Below, piece after piece: positions 1 to 10,360 of a stretch of 64,000 bases of DNA (position 1 is its first letter; every line of letters begins with the position of its first letter). Source of the stretch: Enterobacter sp. BIGb0383. GTDB lineage: Bacteria > Pseudomonadota > Gammaproteobacteria > Enterobacterales > Enterobacteriaceae. The notes beneath the pieces are model-generated. The model saw nothing but the letters and a program-made list of their open reading frames with translations. It ran no database searches and was not told the DNA's origin. The translations under genes and the position numbers were made by a program. Location: positions 1,460,668 through 1,524,667 of the forward strand of contig NZ_RJKQ01000002.1 in the NCBI RefSeq assembly GCF_003751845.1, in the 5' to 3' direction.

Positions 1-1
1 G

Positions 2-409
2 CGTAAGCTACAGACGCTGATGGACGTTGGCCTGACCTATATTCGTCTCGGTCAGTCCGCCACGACCCTTTCCGGCGGCGAGGCCCAGCGCGTGAAGCTG
101 GCGCGTGAGCTGTCGAAACGTGGGACCGGTCAGACCCTGTATATTCTCGATGAGCCGACCACCGGTCTGCACTTTGCGGATATTCAGCAGCTGCTGGAAG
201 TGCTGCATCAGCTACGCGATCAGGGCAATACCATCGTGGTGATTGAGCACAATCTCGATGTGATCAAGACCGCCGACTGGATTGTCGATCTCGGTCCGGA
301 AGGCGGCAGCGGCGGCGGCGAAATCCTCGTCTCCGGCACGCCGGAAACGGTCGCAGAGTGTGAAGCCTCGCACACCGCCCGCTTCCTTAAGCCACTGCTG
401 AAAGCGTGA
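2..409 (+). CDS. uvrA: UvrA excinuclease ABC subunit A, C-terminal fragment (gene starts upstream of window)
   Basis: ABC ATPase signature [12 protein letters not shown], Walker B ILDEP, H-loop; near-identical to E. coli UvrA C-terminus; stop TGA 407-409. Confidence 0.95.
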   Translation, partial: RKLQTLMDVGLTYIRLGQSATTLSGGEAQRVKLARELSKRGTGQTLYILDEPTTGLHFADIQQLLEVLHQLRDQGNTIVVIEHNLDVIKTADWIVDLGPEGGSGGGEILVSGTPETVAECEASHTARFLKPLLKA

Positions 410-418
410 CCCACACGG

Positions 419-772
419 TCATGATAAAAGCTGCTGTCTGACAGAGTCAGGCAGCAGCTCTGTGACCTGCTGATACGACGCATCCACCAGATAGTAAATT
501 TGTGAATCGGGCAGCGCGCCATCAAGAAAAACGGTGCTCCAGTGCGCCTTGTTCAGATCCCGACAGGGGTGAACATCATCATGCTGCTGACGCAGTAGCT
601 CCGCCAGTTCCGGGCTGGTTTTCAGCGAAGCCGTCGGCCTGCCGTCCACCTCTTTCACCATCGCAAACAGCACGTCCGCCACCTTAATTTGCGTGGCTTT
701 CCAGTCGCTGTGAACGCTCTGTTCCGCCCCGGGCTTCGCCATGCAGTACTGTAATAACTCCGAACTGGTCAT
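419..772 (-). CDS. yjbR: MmcQ/YjbR family DNA-binding protein
   Basis: 117 aa, convergent with uvrA as in E. coli; GGGAG RBS before ATG at 772. Confidence 0.8.
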   Translation of the reverse strand: MTSSELLQYCMAKPGAEQSVHSDWKATQIKVADVLFAMVKEVDGRPTASLKTSPELAELLRQQHDDVHPCRDLNKAHWSTVFLDGALPDSQIYYLVDASYQQVTELLPDSVRQQLLS

Positions 773-858
773 CAGTCTCCCCCGTGAATGAGATACGCCT
801 TACTGGAAAAATGATTCGCTGCCGGATCAGTATAGTGGTCTGTACAAAAGAGCGCGTT

Positions 859-2241
859 TCAGCGTTTCACCAGTGCCTGACGTTTGCTGAGCAGGAAGGG
901 CGTCAGAAACGCGACCGTGTCGCTTAAAGGCAAAACCTCTTCTCTCAAATCAACGTTAATCGCCTCTTTCAGCCAGGCCCGTCGCCGCTGAATGCGCTGC
1001 CAGAGTTCCGGATAGAGTCTGCTGATTTCCGCTCGCAGCGACGCATCAGCAATAGCCACCGGCTCTTCACAGCTGGCCCCGGCATAGCCCTTCACCGACG
1101 GAATAATATCAATTTGAAAAAGCTGGCCGCTTTGCACGACGGCGGTCGAGCCCTCGAAGAAAGGCGACGCCAGCCACTCTTCATCGGCAGTGTAATGGCC
1201 CGGATTTAACGTCCAGCCATAGTCCATACGGGGGAGAACCGACTCAATGGTCGCGTACATCGCCTGCCCGCTCAGCCCAACGGCAATCGTTTCAAGCCAG
1301 GTCAGATACGCCCGGAAATAGGGTTTTGCGACGCGATCCAGATACTCTCTCTGCTCGTCGGGAAGCTGGTCGGTGCGTTCGATAACAAAGCCGCTCCGGC
1401 TGCTCAGCCCACCCTTGTAGCCCACCGTCATAGCGAACTTATCCTGGTGCTGAATGGCCTTGTCGCGGGGATAGAGCGTCGCATGGGAAAAGCGATCCCC
1501 GGTGGCACAGATGGTGGTGACGGAGTTGGGCTGCCCCTCTCTCGCCAGCAGCGCCCCGACCTCTCTTTCACCCTTGCCGGGTTCAATCGCCTGAAGCGCA
1601 TCAAACATCGCCGCGCCGGCCAGGGTCGCACCGTACTCATAGTGGGCGATCTCATTGGCATTGTTGAGGGTGCGGATCCCCTCCTGCGGGGAAATCAGTA
1701 TGCCGGTCGCATTCACCAGCGATCCCTGTTCACCCACAAATTCCCGCAGCGCATCGACAACAAAGGAAGGAAGGTCAAACAACGCGGTATTATCCAGGGT
1801 CTTAGCCGTAAACAGCTTCCAGCCAATCACGCCGATACGGCTGTCGGGTGACAGTCCCGCATCGTGGAAGTAGTCCGCAAAAGGACGTTCACCCGCCATC
1901 GGCTGGTTGGGCAGAGAGAAAAAGGGCACGTGCACGGCGGCGGCCACAATACGTGCGTGACTGGCCATTTTCAGGTTTTCATTGCCCAGCAGTAAACGGC
2001 TCTCACCGTTCGCCTGCACTACCAGACAGGCTTCCTCAAAACGAGGGATAAACCCGGTAAAATACTCGAAATTCGCGCCATGCTCGCGATCGGCATAGAT
2101 AATCACCGCATCGAGACGATGCTGCTGCATCCTGGAGAGCAGTTTGCTTTTACGCTCTGCGAGCGTGGCATCCGTCAGCGTCACCGGGCTGACCTGGCGG
2201 TGGATGACAGGCGCACTGATGCTGACCAGTTCAATATTCAT
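859..2241 (-). CDS. M24-family metallopeptidase (Xaa-Pro aminopeptidase/creatinase-like), 460 aa
   Basis: Creatinase_N-like N-terminus (LDAVIIYADREHGANFEYFTGF) and pita-bread C-terminal half; ATG at 2241 preferred over TTG at 2274; occupies the yjbQ position of E. coli. Confidence 0.55.
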   Translation of the reverse strand: MNIELVSISAPVIHRQVSPVTLTDATLAERKSKLLSRMQQHRLDAVIIYADREHGANFEYFTGFIPRFEEACLVVQANGESRLLLGNENLKMASHARIVAAAVHVPFFSLPNQPMAGERPFADYFHDAGLSPDSRIGVIGWKLFTAKTLDNTALFDLPSFVVDALREFVGEQGSLVNATGILISPQEGIRTLNNANEIAHYEYGATLAGAAMFDALQAIEPGKGEREVGALLAREGQPNSVTTICATGDRFSHATLYPRDKAIQHQDKFAMTVGYKGGLSSRSGFVIERTDQLPDEQREYLDRVAKPYFRAYLTWLETIAVGLSGQAMYATIESVLPRMDYGWTLNPGHYTADEEWLASPFFEGSTAVVQSGQLFQIDIIPSVKGYAGASCEEPVAIADASLRAEISRLYPELWQRIQRRRAWLKEAINVDLREEVLPLSDTVAFLTPFLLSKRQALVKR

Positions 2242-2254
2242 CGCTATAGGCTCT

Positions 2255-2968
2255 CTAATACTCAGAGTTAACAATCACCTCTTCACCCAACGCTCCCGCC
2301 TGCGGCAGCGGACGGTAAGTCGAGTTTGAGGCGCGCAGGATGCGTATGGCTCTGGCTCCGACCTCGCGAGCAGCGGTCATATCGTTGTCCGAGTCACCGT
2401 AGAAGATTTTGATCTGTTTCGACTCAAGCCACTGGGTTTTGCTGTTCTGACCCGGCTTATCTCCGGCGAAAATCACCGGGTTCATATTGGCAGCCGGGAT
2501 CGCAAAATCATCCTGCAGCGTTTTCGATACCGTTTCGGTCCGCGTCTGGCTGCGGCCGGTGACAAACCAGATGCTGTCGCCGCGACGAACGTGCAGGGCA
2601 ATCAGAGCGCGACCCACTTCTTTCGGCACGCTAAACGCGTCCCAGCCGTTATTCATTTTTTCCCAGAAAGCCGGGTTTTTAAGGTACTCCTCGCTATCCG
2701 GGGAGTATGTTTTTTTGCCGCGCCAGAAGCCCGGGCTGGAGAACAGAACGGTATCATCGATATCAAAGCCTACCGCCATGGGCGGCTGCCCCTGCAGGCT
2801 GTGTTCGATTTGTGCGACCGATACCCAGTGAATCGGAGCCTGCTCGGCCAGTTTTGCCGTATTGGTCCCGCTATAGAGCGGCATTGGAGTGGAGGCATGG
2901 GCGAGAACCGTGCTGCTCAGCGTTAATAGCAGACAGGCGGCGCTCATAATACGGATCGTCTTGCGCAT
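2255..2968 (-). CDS. aphA: Class B acid phosphatase AphA
   Basis: 237 aa with signal peptide, DDDD motif [13 protein letters not shown]-terminus ...EEVIVNSEY as in E. coli AphA. Confidence 0.95.
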   Translation of the reverse strand: MRKTIRIMSAACLLLTLSSTVLAHASTPMPLYSGTNTAKLAEQAPIHWVSVAQIEHSLQGQPPMAVGFDIDDTVLFSSPGFWRGKKTYSPDSEEYLKNPAFWEKMNNGWDAFSVPKEVGRALIALHVRRGDSIWFVTGRSQTRTETVSKTLQDDFAIPAANMNPVIFAGDKPGQNSKTQWLESKQIKIFYGDSDNDMTAAREVGARAIRILRASNSTYRPLPQAGALGEEVIVNSEY

Positions 2969-3184
2969 ATATATCCCTTAACAATCATTTAGTTATTGTT
3001 ATGTCATCTATAAATGCTCAAAAAGCATTCCGACATTACCCCCGGTAACGGACGAAGGAAAGGAATATGTCGCCCTGAAGTCATAGAAAACGGTGATGAT
3101 CACATTCTGAAAAAGGCGCGAGGCAAAACGGTGGGGAAAATCCTCTTCCGAAGAAGAGGATGATTTAAAAATGATAGTGAGTGC

Positions 3185-4378
3185 TTACATTACGGCAGCA
3201 AAAGCCTGGGCCACGCGCTGAACGTTGCGACTGTTCAGCCCGGCCACGCACATACGTCCGCTGGCAATCAGGTAGACGCCAAACTCATCCCGCAGGCGAT
3301 CGACCTGGGCCGCACTCAGGCCGGTATAGCTGAACATCCCGCGCTGCTTCAGCAGATAGTCAAAGTTATGCCCTGGCAGCGTCTCTTTCAGCACGTTAAC
3401 CAGCGCCTGACGCATCGCCAGAATACGGGTGCGCATCGCTTCGACTTCCGCCAGCCAGGAGGCTTTAAGCGTCGCATCGTTAAGCACGGTCGCCACCAGC
3501 TGCGCGCCAAAGTGCGGCGGGCTGGAGTAGTTGCGACGTACGGTTGCCTTAAGCTGGCCCAGCACGCGCTCTGCCGTTGCGGCGTCGTCACAAAGAATGG
3601 ACAGCCCACCGACGCGCTCGCCATACAGAGAGAAAATCTTCGAGAATGAGTTGCTGACCAGCGCCGTCAGGCCTGCATCGGCGATGGCGCGAATGGCGTA
3701 AGCATCCTCTTCCATTCCGGCACCAAAGCCCTGGTAGGCGATATCGAGGAACGGGATCAGGTCGCGGGCTTTCAGCACCTCAATCACCGCATCCCACTGA
3801 GCGTTAGTCAGGTCGGCTCCGGTCGGGTTATGGCAGCACGGGTGCAGCAGCACAATACTGCGCGCCGGTAAGCCGGAGAGCGTTTCCAGCAGCGCGTCAA
3901 CGCGCACACCGTTGCTCTCGTTATCAAACCAGGGGTAAGTACTTACTTCGAATCCAGCCCCTTCAAAGATGGCGATATGGTTTTCCCAGGTCGGATCGCT
4001 GACCCACACACCTGACGCAGGGAAATAGCGCTTAAGAAAATCAGCCCCCACCTTGAGCGCACCGGAACCACCCAGCGTCTGGATGGTAGCCACGCGTTTC
4101 TCAGCCAGAGCCGGATGATCGGCACCAAACAGCAGCGGCGCAACCGCCTGGCGATAGGTATTCATCCCTTCCATCGGCAGATAGAGTGAAGCCCCGTGCG
4201 GCTGGGCGTTAAGACGCGCCTCGGCTTCCGCCACCGCCTGCAGCTGAGGAATAATGCCCTCTTCGTTGTAATAGAGGCCGATACTGAGATTGACCTTGTC
4301 GCTGCGCGGATCTTCTTTGAAACGCTCCATTAAGGAGAGGATGGGGTCGCCAGCGTAGGCGTCAACTTTTTGAAACAC
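3185..4378 (-). CDS. tyrB: Aromatic-amino-acid aminotransferase TyrB (GTG start)
   Basis: 397 aa, collinear with E. coli TyrB ([25 protein letters not shown]...); E. coli Met1 position is GTG at 4378-4376 with GGAGAA RBS; the longer ORF-track N-terminus has no homolog. Confidence 0.9.
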   Translation of the reverse strand: MFQKVDAYAGDPILSLMERFKEDPRSDKVNLSIGLYYNEEGIIPQLQAVAEAEARLNAQPHGASLYLPMEGMNTYRQAVAPLLFGADHPALAEKRVATIQTLGGSGALKVGADFLKRYFPASGVWVSDPTWENHIAIFEGAGFEVSTYPWFDNESNGVRVDALLETLSGLPARSIVLLHPCCHNPTGADLTNAQWDAVIEVLKARDLIPFLDIAYQGFGAGMEEDAYAIRAIADAGLTALVSNSFSKIFSLYGERVGGLSILCDDAATAERVLGQLKATVRRNYSSPPHFGAQLVATVLNDATLKASWLAEVEAMRTRILAMRQALVNVLKETLPGHNFDYLLKQRGMFSYTGLSAAQVDRLRDEFGVYLIASGRMCVAGLNSRNVQRVAQAFAAVM

Positions 4379-4492
4379 GCGGTGGTTCTCCAGGTTTACG
4401 GTCAAGATGAAACCACACAATAAACCGGATACCGAAGAAGATCGAGAGGATGTTTTTCTGGCCCTCACCGGGAGAGCAAGGGCCAGAGCGCG

Positions 4493-5572
4493 TCAGTCGA
4501 GATAGTGCATCGTGACCCTTGAGGTCAGACGGGTAATCAATTCATAGGCGCTGACGCCGGTAACGCTGGCAATACGCTCAACGGGCAACCCTTCACCCCA
4601 CATCACCACCGGATCGCCGGGGTTATCCTGCGACTCAGGCCCCAGGTCGACGCAAATCATATCCATCGCCACGCGACCGACAATGGGCACTTCCCGACCG
4701 TTGACCAGTACCGGCGTTCCCGACGGTGTCGCACGCGGATAGCCGTCACCGTAGCCCATTGCCACGACGCCAAGCCGCGTGTCACGGTCGCTCTCCCAGG
4801 TGCCGCCATAGCCCACCGGTTCCCCGGCAAGATGTTCGCGCACGGCAATCAGGCTGGAGGTAAGAGACATTGCTGGCTGGAAGCCGAATTCGCTACCCCA
4901 GGGATGGCCGTCCAGCGGCGAGACGCCGTAAAGAATAATCCCCGGGCGCACCCAGTCGTAGTGGGACTGAGGCCACAGGAGGATCCCGCCCGATGCAGCA
5001 ATAGAGCGCATCCCGGGTTTGCCGTCGGTAAAGCTACTGAAAATATCCAGCTGTTTTTCGGTCGCGCCACATTCCGGCTCGTCGGCCCGGGCAAAGTGGC
5101 TCACCACGTTGACCGGCTGACGCACGTTTTTGCACTGGCACAGGCGCTGATAAAACGCTTCGGCCTGGTCCGGGCGCACGCCGAGACGGTGCATACCGGT
5201 GTCGAGTTTCATCCAGACGGTAACCGGCTGACGTAAATCCGCCGCTTCCAGCGCTACCAGCTGTTCAGGACTGTGCACAGCGGTCTGAAGTTGATTATCG
5301 ACGAGCGTTGGCAGATCGGCGGCGTTAAAGAAACCTTCCAGCAGTAAAATCGGCTGGGTAATTCCCCCTTCTCTTAAACGAAGGGCTTCTTCCAGGCGGG
5401 CAACGCCAAAGGCGTCAGCGTCGGGGAGCGTTCGCGCGGTCTCCAGCAGACCGTGTCCATAGGCGTTCGCTTTCACCACTGCAACCAGTTTGCTGGCGGG
5501 CGCCAGCTCACGCAGACGCTGCAGGTTGTGTCGCAGAGCGCGGCGGTTGATTACGACAGTTGCCGCTTGCAT
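4493..5572 (-). CDS. alr: Alanine racemase (biosynthetic)
   Basis: 359 aa, [25 protein letters not shown]... near-identical to E. coli Alr; PLP site [10 protein letters not shown]. Confidence 0.95.
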   Translation of the reverse strand: MQAATVVINRRALRHNLQRLRELAPASKLVAVVKANAYGHGLLETARTLPDADAFGVARLEEALRLREGGITQPILLLEGFFNAADLPTLVDNQLQTAVHSPEQLVALEAADLRQPVTVWMKLDTGMHRLGVRPDQAEAFYQRLCQCKNVRQPVNVVSHFARADEPECGATEKQLDIFSSFTDGKPGMRSIAASGGILLWPQSHYDWVRPGIILYGVSPLDGHPWGSEFGFQPAMSLTSSLIAVREHLAGEPVGYGGTWESDRDTRLGVVAMGYGDGYPRATPSGTPVLVNGREVPIVGRVAMDMICVDLGPESQDNPGDPVVMWGEGLPVERIASVTGVSAYELITRLTSRVTMHYLD

Positions 5573-5724
5573 TTATATTCCTTAGATCCTTAATAAAGAA
5601 TCGCCAAAATCATTCACGTTGCAGGAAGGCGACAAGCCCGCGAATCCCCGGGAGCTTAGCCAACTAAGTGACCGGGGTGAGCGGGCGCAGTCAACGCACC
5701 TGCGGCGTGAAGGATGAAGGCGAT

Positions 5725-7131
5725 TTATTCGTCGTCGTATTGGGGGCCCGCATAATTATCAAAACGCGACCACTGACCGTTAAAGGTCAGACGCACCGTA
5801 CCAATCGGGCCGTTACGCTGCTTGCCGAGGATAATTTCGGCAATGCCTTTCAGGTCGCTGTTCTCGTGATAAACCTCATCACGATAGATAAACATAATTA
5901 AGTCGGCATCCTGCTCGATGGAGCCGGACTCACGCAGGTCCGAGTTGACCGGGCGTTTATCGGCGCGCTGTTCAAGGGAGCGGTTAAGCTGGGACAGCGC
6001 CACCACCGGCACGTGTAGCTCTTTGGCCAGCGCCTTCAGAGAACGGGAAATTTCGGCAATTTCCAGGGTACGGTTGTCCGACAGGGACGGCACGCGCATC
6101 AGCTGAAGGTAGTCGATCATAATCAGACCGATGCCGCCGTGTTCACGGGCAATACGCCGCGCACGGGAACGCACTTCCGTTGGCGTCAGGCCGGAGGAGT
6201 CATCAATATAGATATTACGTTTTTCCAGCAGGATCCCCATGGTGCCTGAGATCCGCGCCCAGTCCTCATCATCCAGCTGACCGGTACGAATACGGGTCTG
6301 ATCGACACGCGACAGGGACGCCAGGCAGCGCATCATAATCTGCTCGGAGGGCATCTCAAGACTGAAAATAAGAACCGGCTTATCCTGCAACATCGCCGCA
6401 TTTTCGACGAGGTTCATCGCAAATGTCGTTTTACCCATCGACGGACGCGCGGCGACGATAATCAAATCCGACGGCTGAAGGCCCGCGGTTTTTTTGTTGA
6501 GATCGTCATAGCCCGTGTTCACGCCCGTGACCCCGTCGTGGGGCTGCTGGAACAGCTGCTCAATACGCGAGACGGTCGCATCCAGCACATCGGCAATATT
6601 CTTCGGGCCTTCGTCTTTATTGGCGCGGCTCTCGGCGATTTTAAAGACGCGGGATTCAGCGAGGTCCAGCAGTTCATCGCTGTTGCGGCCCTGCGGGTCG
6701 AAACCGGCTTCGGCAATCTCATTGGCCACCGAGATCATATCGCGTACAACCGCACGTTCGCGCACGATATCGGCGTAAGCGCTGATATTCGCTGCACTTG
6801 GCGTATTTTTCGATAACTCCGCCAGATAGGCGAAGCCGCCGACGGCATCGAGCTGCCCCTGACGCTCCAGCGATTCCGCGAGGGTAATCAGGTCAATCGG
6901 ACTCCCCGATTCCTGCAGGCGCGCCATTTCCGTGAAGATATGACGGTGTGGGCGAGCGTAAAAGTCTTCCGTCACCACGCGCTCGGCGACGTCGTCCCAG
7001 CGTTGGTTATCCAGCATTAAACCGCCCAACACCGACTGTTCCGCTTCAATCGAGTGCGGGGGCATTTTCATCCCTTCGAACTGGCGCTCGCGGGGTTCAG
7101 TCTGTTTGTTGAAGGGTTTATTTCCTGCCAT
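5725..7131 (-). CDS. dnaB: Replicative DNA helicase DnaB
   Basis: 468 aa; Walker A GKTTFAMNL; >90% identical by eye to E. coli DnaB. Confidence 0.97.
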   Translation of the reverse strand: MAGNKPFNKQTEPRERQFEGMKMPPHSIEAEQSVLGGLMLDNQRWDDVAERVVTEDFYARPHRHIFTEMARLQESGSPIDLITLAESLERQGQLDAVGGFAYLAELSKNTPSAANISAYADIVRERAVVRDMISVANEIAEAGFDPQGRNSDELLDLAESRVFKIAESRANKDEGPKNIADVLDATVSRIEQLFQQPHDGVTGVNTGYDDLNKKTAGLQPSDLIIVAARPSMGKTTFAMNLVENAAMLQDKPVLIFSLEMPSEQIMMRCLASLSRVDQTRIRTGQLDDEDWARISGTMGILLEKRNIYIDDSSGLTPTEVRSRARRIAREHGGIGLIMIDYLQLMRVPSLSDNRTLEIAEISRSLKALAKELHVPVVALSQLNRSLEQRADKRPVNSDLRESGSIEQDADLIMFIYRDEVYHENSDLKGIAEIILGKQRNGPIGTVRLTFNGQWSRFDNYAGPQYDDE

Positions 7132-7191
7132 AGTGAATGGAGTTACCGAGATAGAGATTGGGTCGAAAGATTACCACATTCTGGAGGAAGC

Positions 7192-8178
7192 ATGGCAACA
7201 CGAATAGAATTTCACAAGCACGGCGGTCCTGACGTCCTGAAAGCGGTGGAGTTTACGCCCGCAGCGCCTGGCGAAAACGAAATTCAGGTGGAAAACAAAG
7301 CCATCGGCATCAACTATATCGACACCTATATCCGCAGCGGCCTCTATCCGCCGCCGTCGCTGCCGAGCGGGTTAGGAACAGAAGCCGCAGGCATCGTCAG
7401 CAAGGTCGGCCACGGCGTCAGCCATATTAAAGAAGGCGATCGCGTGGTCTACGCTCAGTCAGCGCTGGGTGCCTACAGTTCGGTGCATAACGTCCCGGCG
7501 GATAAAGCGGCAATTTTACCTGACGCTATCAGCTTCGAACAGGCGGCAGCCTCCTTCCTCAAAGGGCTGACGGTCTACTATTTGCTGCGCAAAACCTATG
7601 AAATCAAACCGGATGAGACCTTCCTGTTCCATGCCGCTGCCGGTGGCGTTGGGCTTATCGCCTGCCAGTGGGCCAAAGCGCTTGGCGCCAAACTGATCGG
7701 CACCGCGGGTAGCGCCCAGAAAGCGCAGCGAGCGCTGGAGGCCGGAGCCTGGCAGGTGATTAACTACCGCGAGGAGAATCTGGTCGAGCGTTTGAAAACC
7801 ATCACCAACGGCAAGAAAGTCCCGGTGGTGTATGACTCGGTAGGTAAAGATACCTGGGAGCCGTCGCTGGACTGCCTCCAGCGTCACGGCCTGATGGTGA
7901 GCTTTGGTAACGCCTCCGGTCCGGTGACCGGCGTAAACCTCGGCATACTGAATCAGAAAGGTTCTCTGTTTGTGACCCGCCCGTCCCTGCAGGGCTATAT
8001 CACTAACCGTGATGAACTGACCGAAGCCAGTAACGAGCTCTTTTCACTGATCGCCAGCGGGGTGATTAAAGTTGACGTGGCGGCAAGCCAGAAATTCCCG
8101 CTGCATGACGCGCAGCGCGCGCATGAGGTGCTGGAGAGCCGTGCCACTCAGGGTTCGAGTTTGCTGATCCCGGGCTGA
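7192..8178 (+). CDS. qorA: NADPH:quinone oxidoreductase (zeta-crystallin family)
   Basis: Starts MATRIEFHKHGGPDVLK as in E. coli Qor; GGAGGA RBS upstream of ATG 7192; MDR fold AAAGGVG motif. Confidence 0.9.
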   Translation: MATRIEFHKHGGPDVLKAVEFTPAAPGENEIQVENKAIGINYIDTYIRSGLYPPPSLPSGLGTEAAGIVSKVGHGVSHIKEGDRVVYAQSALGAYSSVHNVPADKAAILPDAISFEQAAASFLKGLTVYYLLRKTYEIKPDETFLFHAAAGGVGLIACQWAKALGAKLIGTAGSAQKAQRALEAGAWQVINYREENLVERLKTITNGKKVPVVYDSVGKDTWEPSLDCLQRHGLMVSFGNASGPVTGVNLGILNQKGSLFVTRPSLQGYITNRDELTEASNELFSLIASGVIKVDVAASQKFPLHDAQRAHEVLESRATQGSSLLIPG

Positions 8179-8195
8179 TCGGGCGGCAGAAAGAA

Positions 8196-8232
8196 TTAGG
8201 GCCTCCACATGGGAAGCCCTTTTCTTTTTTTA
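8196..8232 (+). terminator. Rho-independent terminator of qor
   Basis: Imperfect inverted repeat AGGGCCTCC...GGAAGCCCT followed by TTTTCTTTTTTT. Confidence 0.6.
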
Positions 8233-8476
8233 GTTCGGCTGTATGTAGGGTACAGCGCGATGAATCTGTTGACGGCGCCATAGTGACAGATTTGATAAGC
8301 AAATCCTATGTTGTTCTAAGCAAGCCTGAGGGAAAGTTATCGGGTTGTGACGGACACCACAATAACCCGAAAGTGGGAGGATGCCGATTCTCCCACGCCT
8401 TTTCCGTCAATTGCACCCGATCTTACACCGCTGATATTACGGCACTTTACCGCCGAAAACAGACCACAGTACCCGT

Positions 8477-9529
8477 TTAACGCTTATCAGCAACGAGGCT
8501 CAGCGCCTGCTCTACAACCTGGATGTCGGCGCCTGGCTTATGGGCATTTTCACTCAGATGACGACGCCACTGGCGTGCACCGGGAACGCCCTGGAACAGG
8601 CCCAGCATGTGTCGGGTAATGTGTCCGAGATAAGCCCCCTGGCTCAGCTCGCGTTCAATATAGGGATACATGGCGCGCACCACCTCAACCGGGTCAGCGA
8701 TCGGGCTTTCGACGCCAAAGATGTCGCGATCTACCGTCGCCAGGATCCCCGGGTTCTGGTAAGCCTCGCGCCCGACCATCACCCCATCCAGATGCTGCAG
8801 ATGGGTCTGCGCCTCTTCCAGCGATTTAATACCGCCGTTAAGGGAAAGGGTCAGATGCGGGAAATCGCGCTTAAGCTGGTACACGCGTGGGTAGTCCAGC
8901 GGTGGGATCTCACGGTTTTCTTTCGGGCTCAGGCCGGAAAGCCAGGCCTTGCGGGCGTGGATAATAAACATCTCACACTCGCCTTTACCGGCCACGGTAT
9001 TAATAAAGTCGCAGAGGAATTCGTAGCTATCCTGGTCATCAATCCCGATACGGGTTTTTACCGTCACCGGAATAGAGACCACGTCGCGCATCGCTTTGAT
9101 GCAGTCGGCAACCAGCTGCGCCTCGCCCATCAGACAGGCACCGAAACGACCATTCTGCACGCGGTCAGACGGGCAGCCGACGTTCAGGTTGATTTCATCA
9201 TAGCCGCGCTGTTCGGCCAGTCGGGCGCAGTGGGCCAGAGCCTGCGGATCGCTGCCGCCAAGCTGAAGTGCGATGGGATGCTCTTCGTCGCTGAATGCTA
9301 AATAATCGCCCTTGCCGTGAATAATCGCGCCGGTCGTCACCATCTCCGTGTACAGCAGCGTGTGGCGCGACAGCAGACGAAGGAAGTAACGGCAGTGCCT
9401 GTCCGTCCAGTCGAGCATAGGCGCGATGGAAAAACGGTGGGCGGGGAAAGCGGTAACAACGTTGTTTTCTAAAGCTTTGTCTGGAGACTGTGTTGGATAC
9501 ATGTTTAAACTTTTTATGTGGTCGTGCAT
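8477..9529 (-). CDS. dusA: tRNA-dihydrouridine(20/20a) synthase DusA
   Basis: 350 aa; core [20 protein letters not shown]... matches E. coli DusA; alternative ATG at 9502; start ATG overlaps the stop of the upstream antitoxin gene (TAATG). Confidence 0.9.
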   Translation of the reverse strand: MHDHIKSLNMYPTQSPDKALENNVVTAFPAHRFSIAPMLDWTDRHCRYFLRLLSRHTLLYTEMVTTGAIIHGKGDYLAFSDEEHPIALQLGGSDPQALAHCARLAEQRGYDEINLNVGCPSDRVQNGRFGACLMGEAQLVADCIKAMRDVVSIPVTVKTRIGIDDQDSYEFLCDFINTVAGKGECEMFIIHARKAWLSGLSPKENREIPPLDYPRVYQLKRDFPHLTLSLNGGIKSLEEAQTHLQHLDGVMVGREAYQNPGILATVDRDIFGVESPIADPVEVVRAMYPYIERELSQGAYLGHITRHMLGLFQGVPGARQWRRHLSENAHKPGADIQVVEQALSLVADKR

Positions 9530-9825
9530 TAAATGGTTTTTAGCTGGTTGATGATAAAGGGGTTAGCCTGTAACAGCAGCAGTAATTTTCGCGTTGCGCC
9601 CGTTGGATGCCGTCGTTTTGTTTCCCAGCTTTTCACCAGGTCATAGCTGACGCCGACAGCAACAGCAAAATCCTGCTGCTTTAACCCGGTTGATTCGCGA
9701 ATCGCTTTTACGTCAATCTCGCTAAATGTGTGGACGTGCTCCGGTTGCGGCGTCAGTTCACCTTTTTCAATCCGGACCATCTCTTCCGCGCTGGCCAGAA
9801 GGTCAGCAAATAACTCGTCTTTCAT
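9529..9825 (-). CDS. higA2: HigA-2-like XRE-family antitoxin
   Basis: 98 aa HTH protein; [18 protein letters not shown] matches Vibrio HigA-2 (…[13 protein letters not shown]…); immediately downstream of the HigB-2-like toxin. Confidence 0.75.
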   Translation of the reverse strand: MKDELFADLLASAEEMVRIEKGELTPQPEHVHTFSEIDVKAIRESTGLKQQDFAVAVGVSYDLVKSWETKRRHPTGATRKLLLLLQANPFIINQLKTI

Positions 9826-9859
9826 CTGTACCTCATTCCACTCATTCGCACCGTATCCA

Positions 9860-10177
9860 CTAAGCCAGCCTGTCAGATAGCTGCTTCAGCGCTTTTCTCT
9901 GCTCTTCCGTTAGCTCATCCTGCTCATTCTTTGGATAGATCAGCGCCAGATAAATTCGGCCTTTTTGGGCAAGGCTATAATAGATAACCCGAACGCCACC
10001 GCGCTTTCCCATTCCTTGCCTGCCCCAGCGGATCTTTCGAAACCCTCCGGTTCCGATAATGATGTCTCCGGCAGCAGGAGTGTCGATAAGCAATTCCTGG
10101 AAAGCCCGAAACTCATCATCCGGTAAAAGCGCCTGTCGCTGTTTACTGAAACCCTGTAGCTCAATAAAAGTAAGCAT
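9860..10177 (-). CDS. higB2: HigB-2-like RelE/ParE-superfamily toxin
   Basis: 105 aa from ATG 10177; GTGGFRKIRWGRQGMGKRGGVRVIYY...IYPKNEQDELTEEQRKALKQL closely resembles V. cholerae HigB-2 (GTGGLRKIRV...GKRGGSRIIYY...IYGKNE); toxin-first order typical of hig loci. Confidence 0.75.
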   Translation of the reverse strand: MLTFIELQGFSKQRQALLPDDEFRAFQELLIDTPAAGDIIIGTGGFRKIRWGRQGMGKRGGVRVIYYSLAQKGRIYLALIYPKNEQDELTEEQRKALKQLSDRLA

Positions 10178-10213
10178 ATCATTCCCTGATACGATGCAAC
10201 TTACACGGGATTT

Positions 10214-10262
10214 TACGTGTACAGGGTACAGCAATCAAGGCATTTCAAGTACCGGGTACACT
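10214..10262. promoter_or_regulatory. Putative operator/promoter of higB2-higA2: two GTACnGGGTACA near-palindromes ~30 bp apart
   Basis: GTGTACAGGGTACAG (10217-10231) and AGTACCGGGTACAC (10247-10261) directly upstream of the toxin start. Confidence 0.4.
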
Positions 10263-10332
10263 TTGAAGTTTTAGCACGGGATGTGGGGAAGAAGAGGAAG
10301 GAATTGATGTGATGAGATTACAAAGAAAAACC

Positions 10333-10358
10333 GGAGGCTTATCGCCTCCGGTTAAACC
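10333..10358 (-). terminator. Rho-independent terminator of the OMP gene
   Basis: CCGGAGGC-TTAT-GCCTCCGG hairpin followed on the minus strand by TTTTTCTTT. Confidence 0.7.
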
Positions 10359-10360
10359 GA

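Noticed and set aside
3185-4468. ORF-track N-terminal extensions of tyrB, qor (from 7054), zur (from 11836), ubiC, lamB, malK, psiE, yjbD, iclR, lysC, rtcR, aceA, aceB
   Set aside because: Alignment to the E. coli orthologs places the initiator at internal ATG/GTG codons with good RBSs. The upstream extensions lack homology and often overlap neighbouring genes or promoters.
8243-8259. CTGT...ACAG LexA-box-like sequence in the qor-dusA spacer
   Set aside because: The spacing is CTGT-N9-ACAG rather than N8, and there is no AT-rich centre typical of SOS boxes.
8283-8480. Small ORFs in the qor-dusA spacer as candidate pspG
   Set aside because: Translations (e.g. MTDLISKSYVVLSKPEGK...) bear no resemblance to the hydrophobic 80-aa PspG. 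pspG is judged absent.
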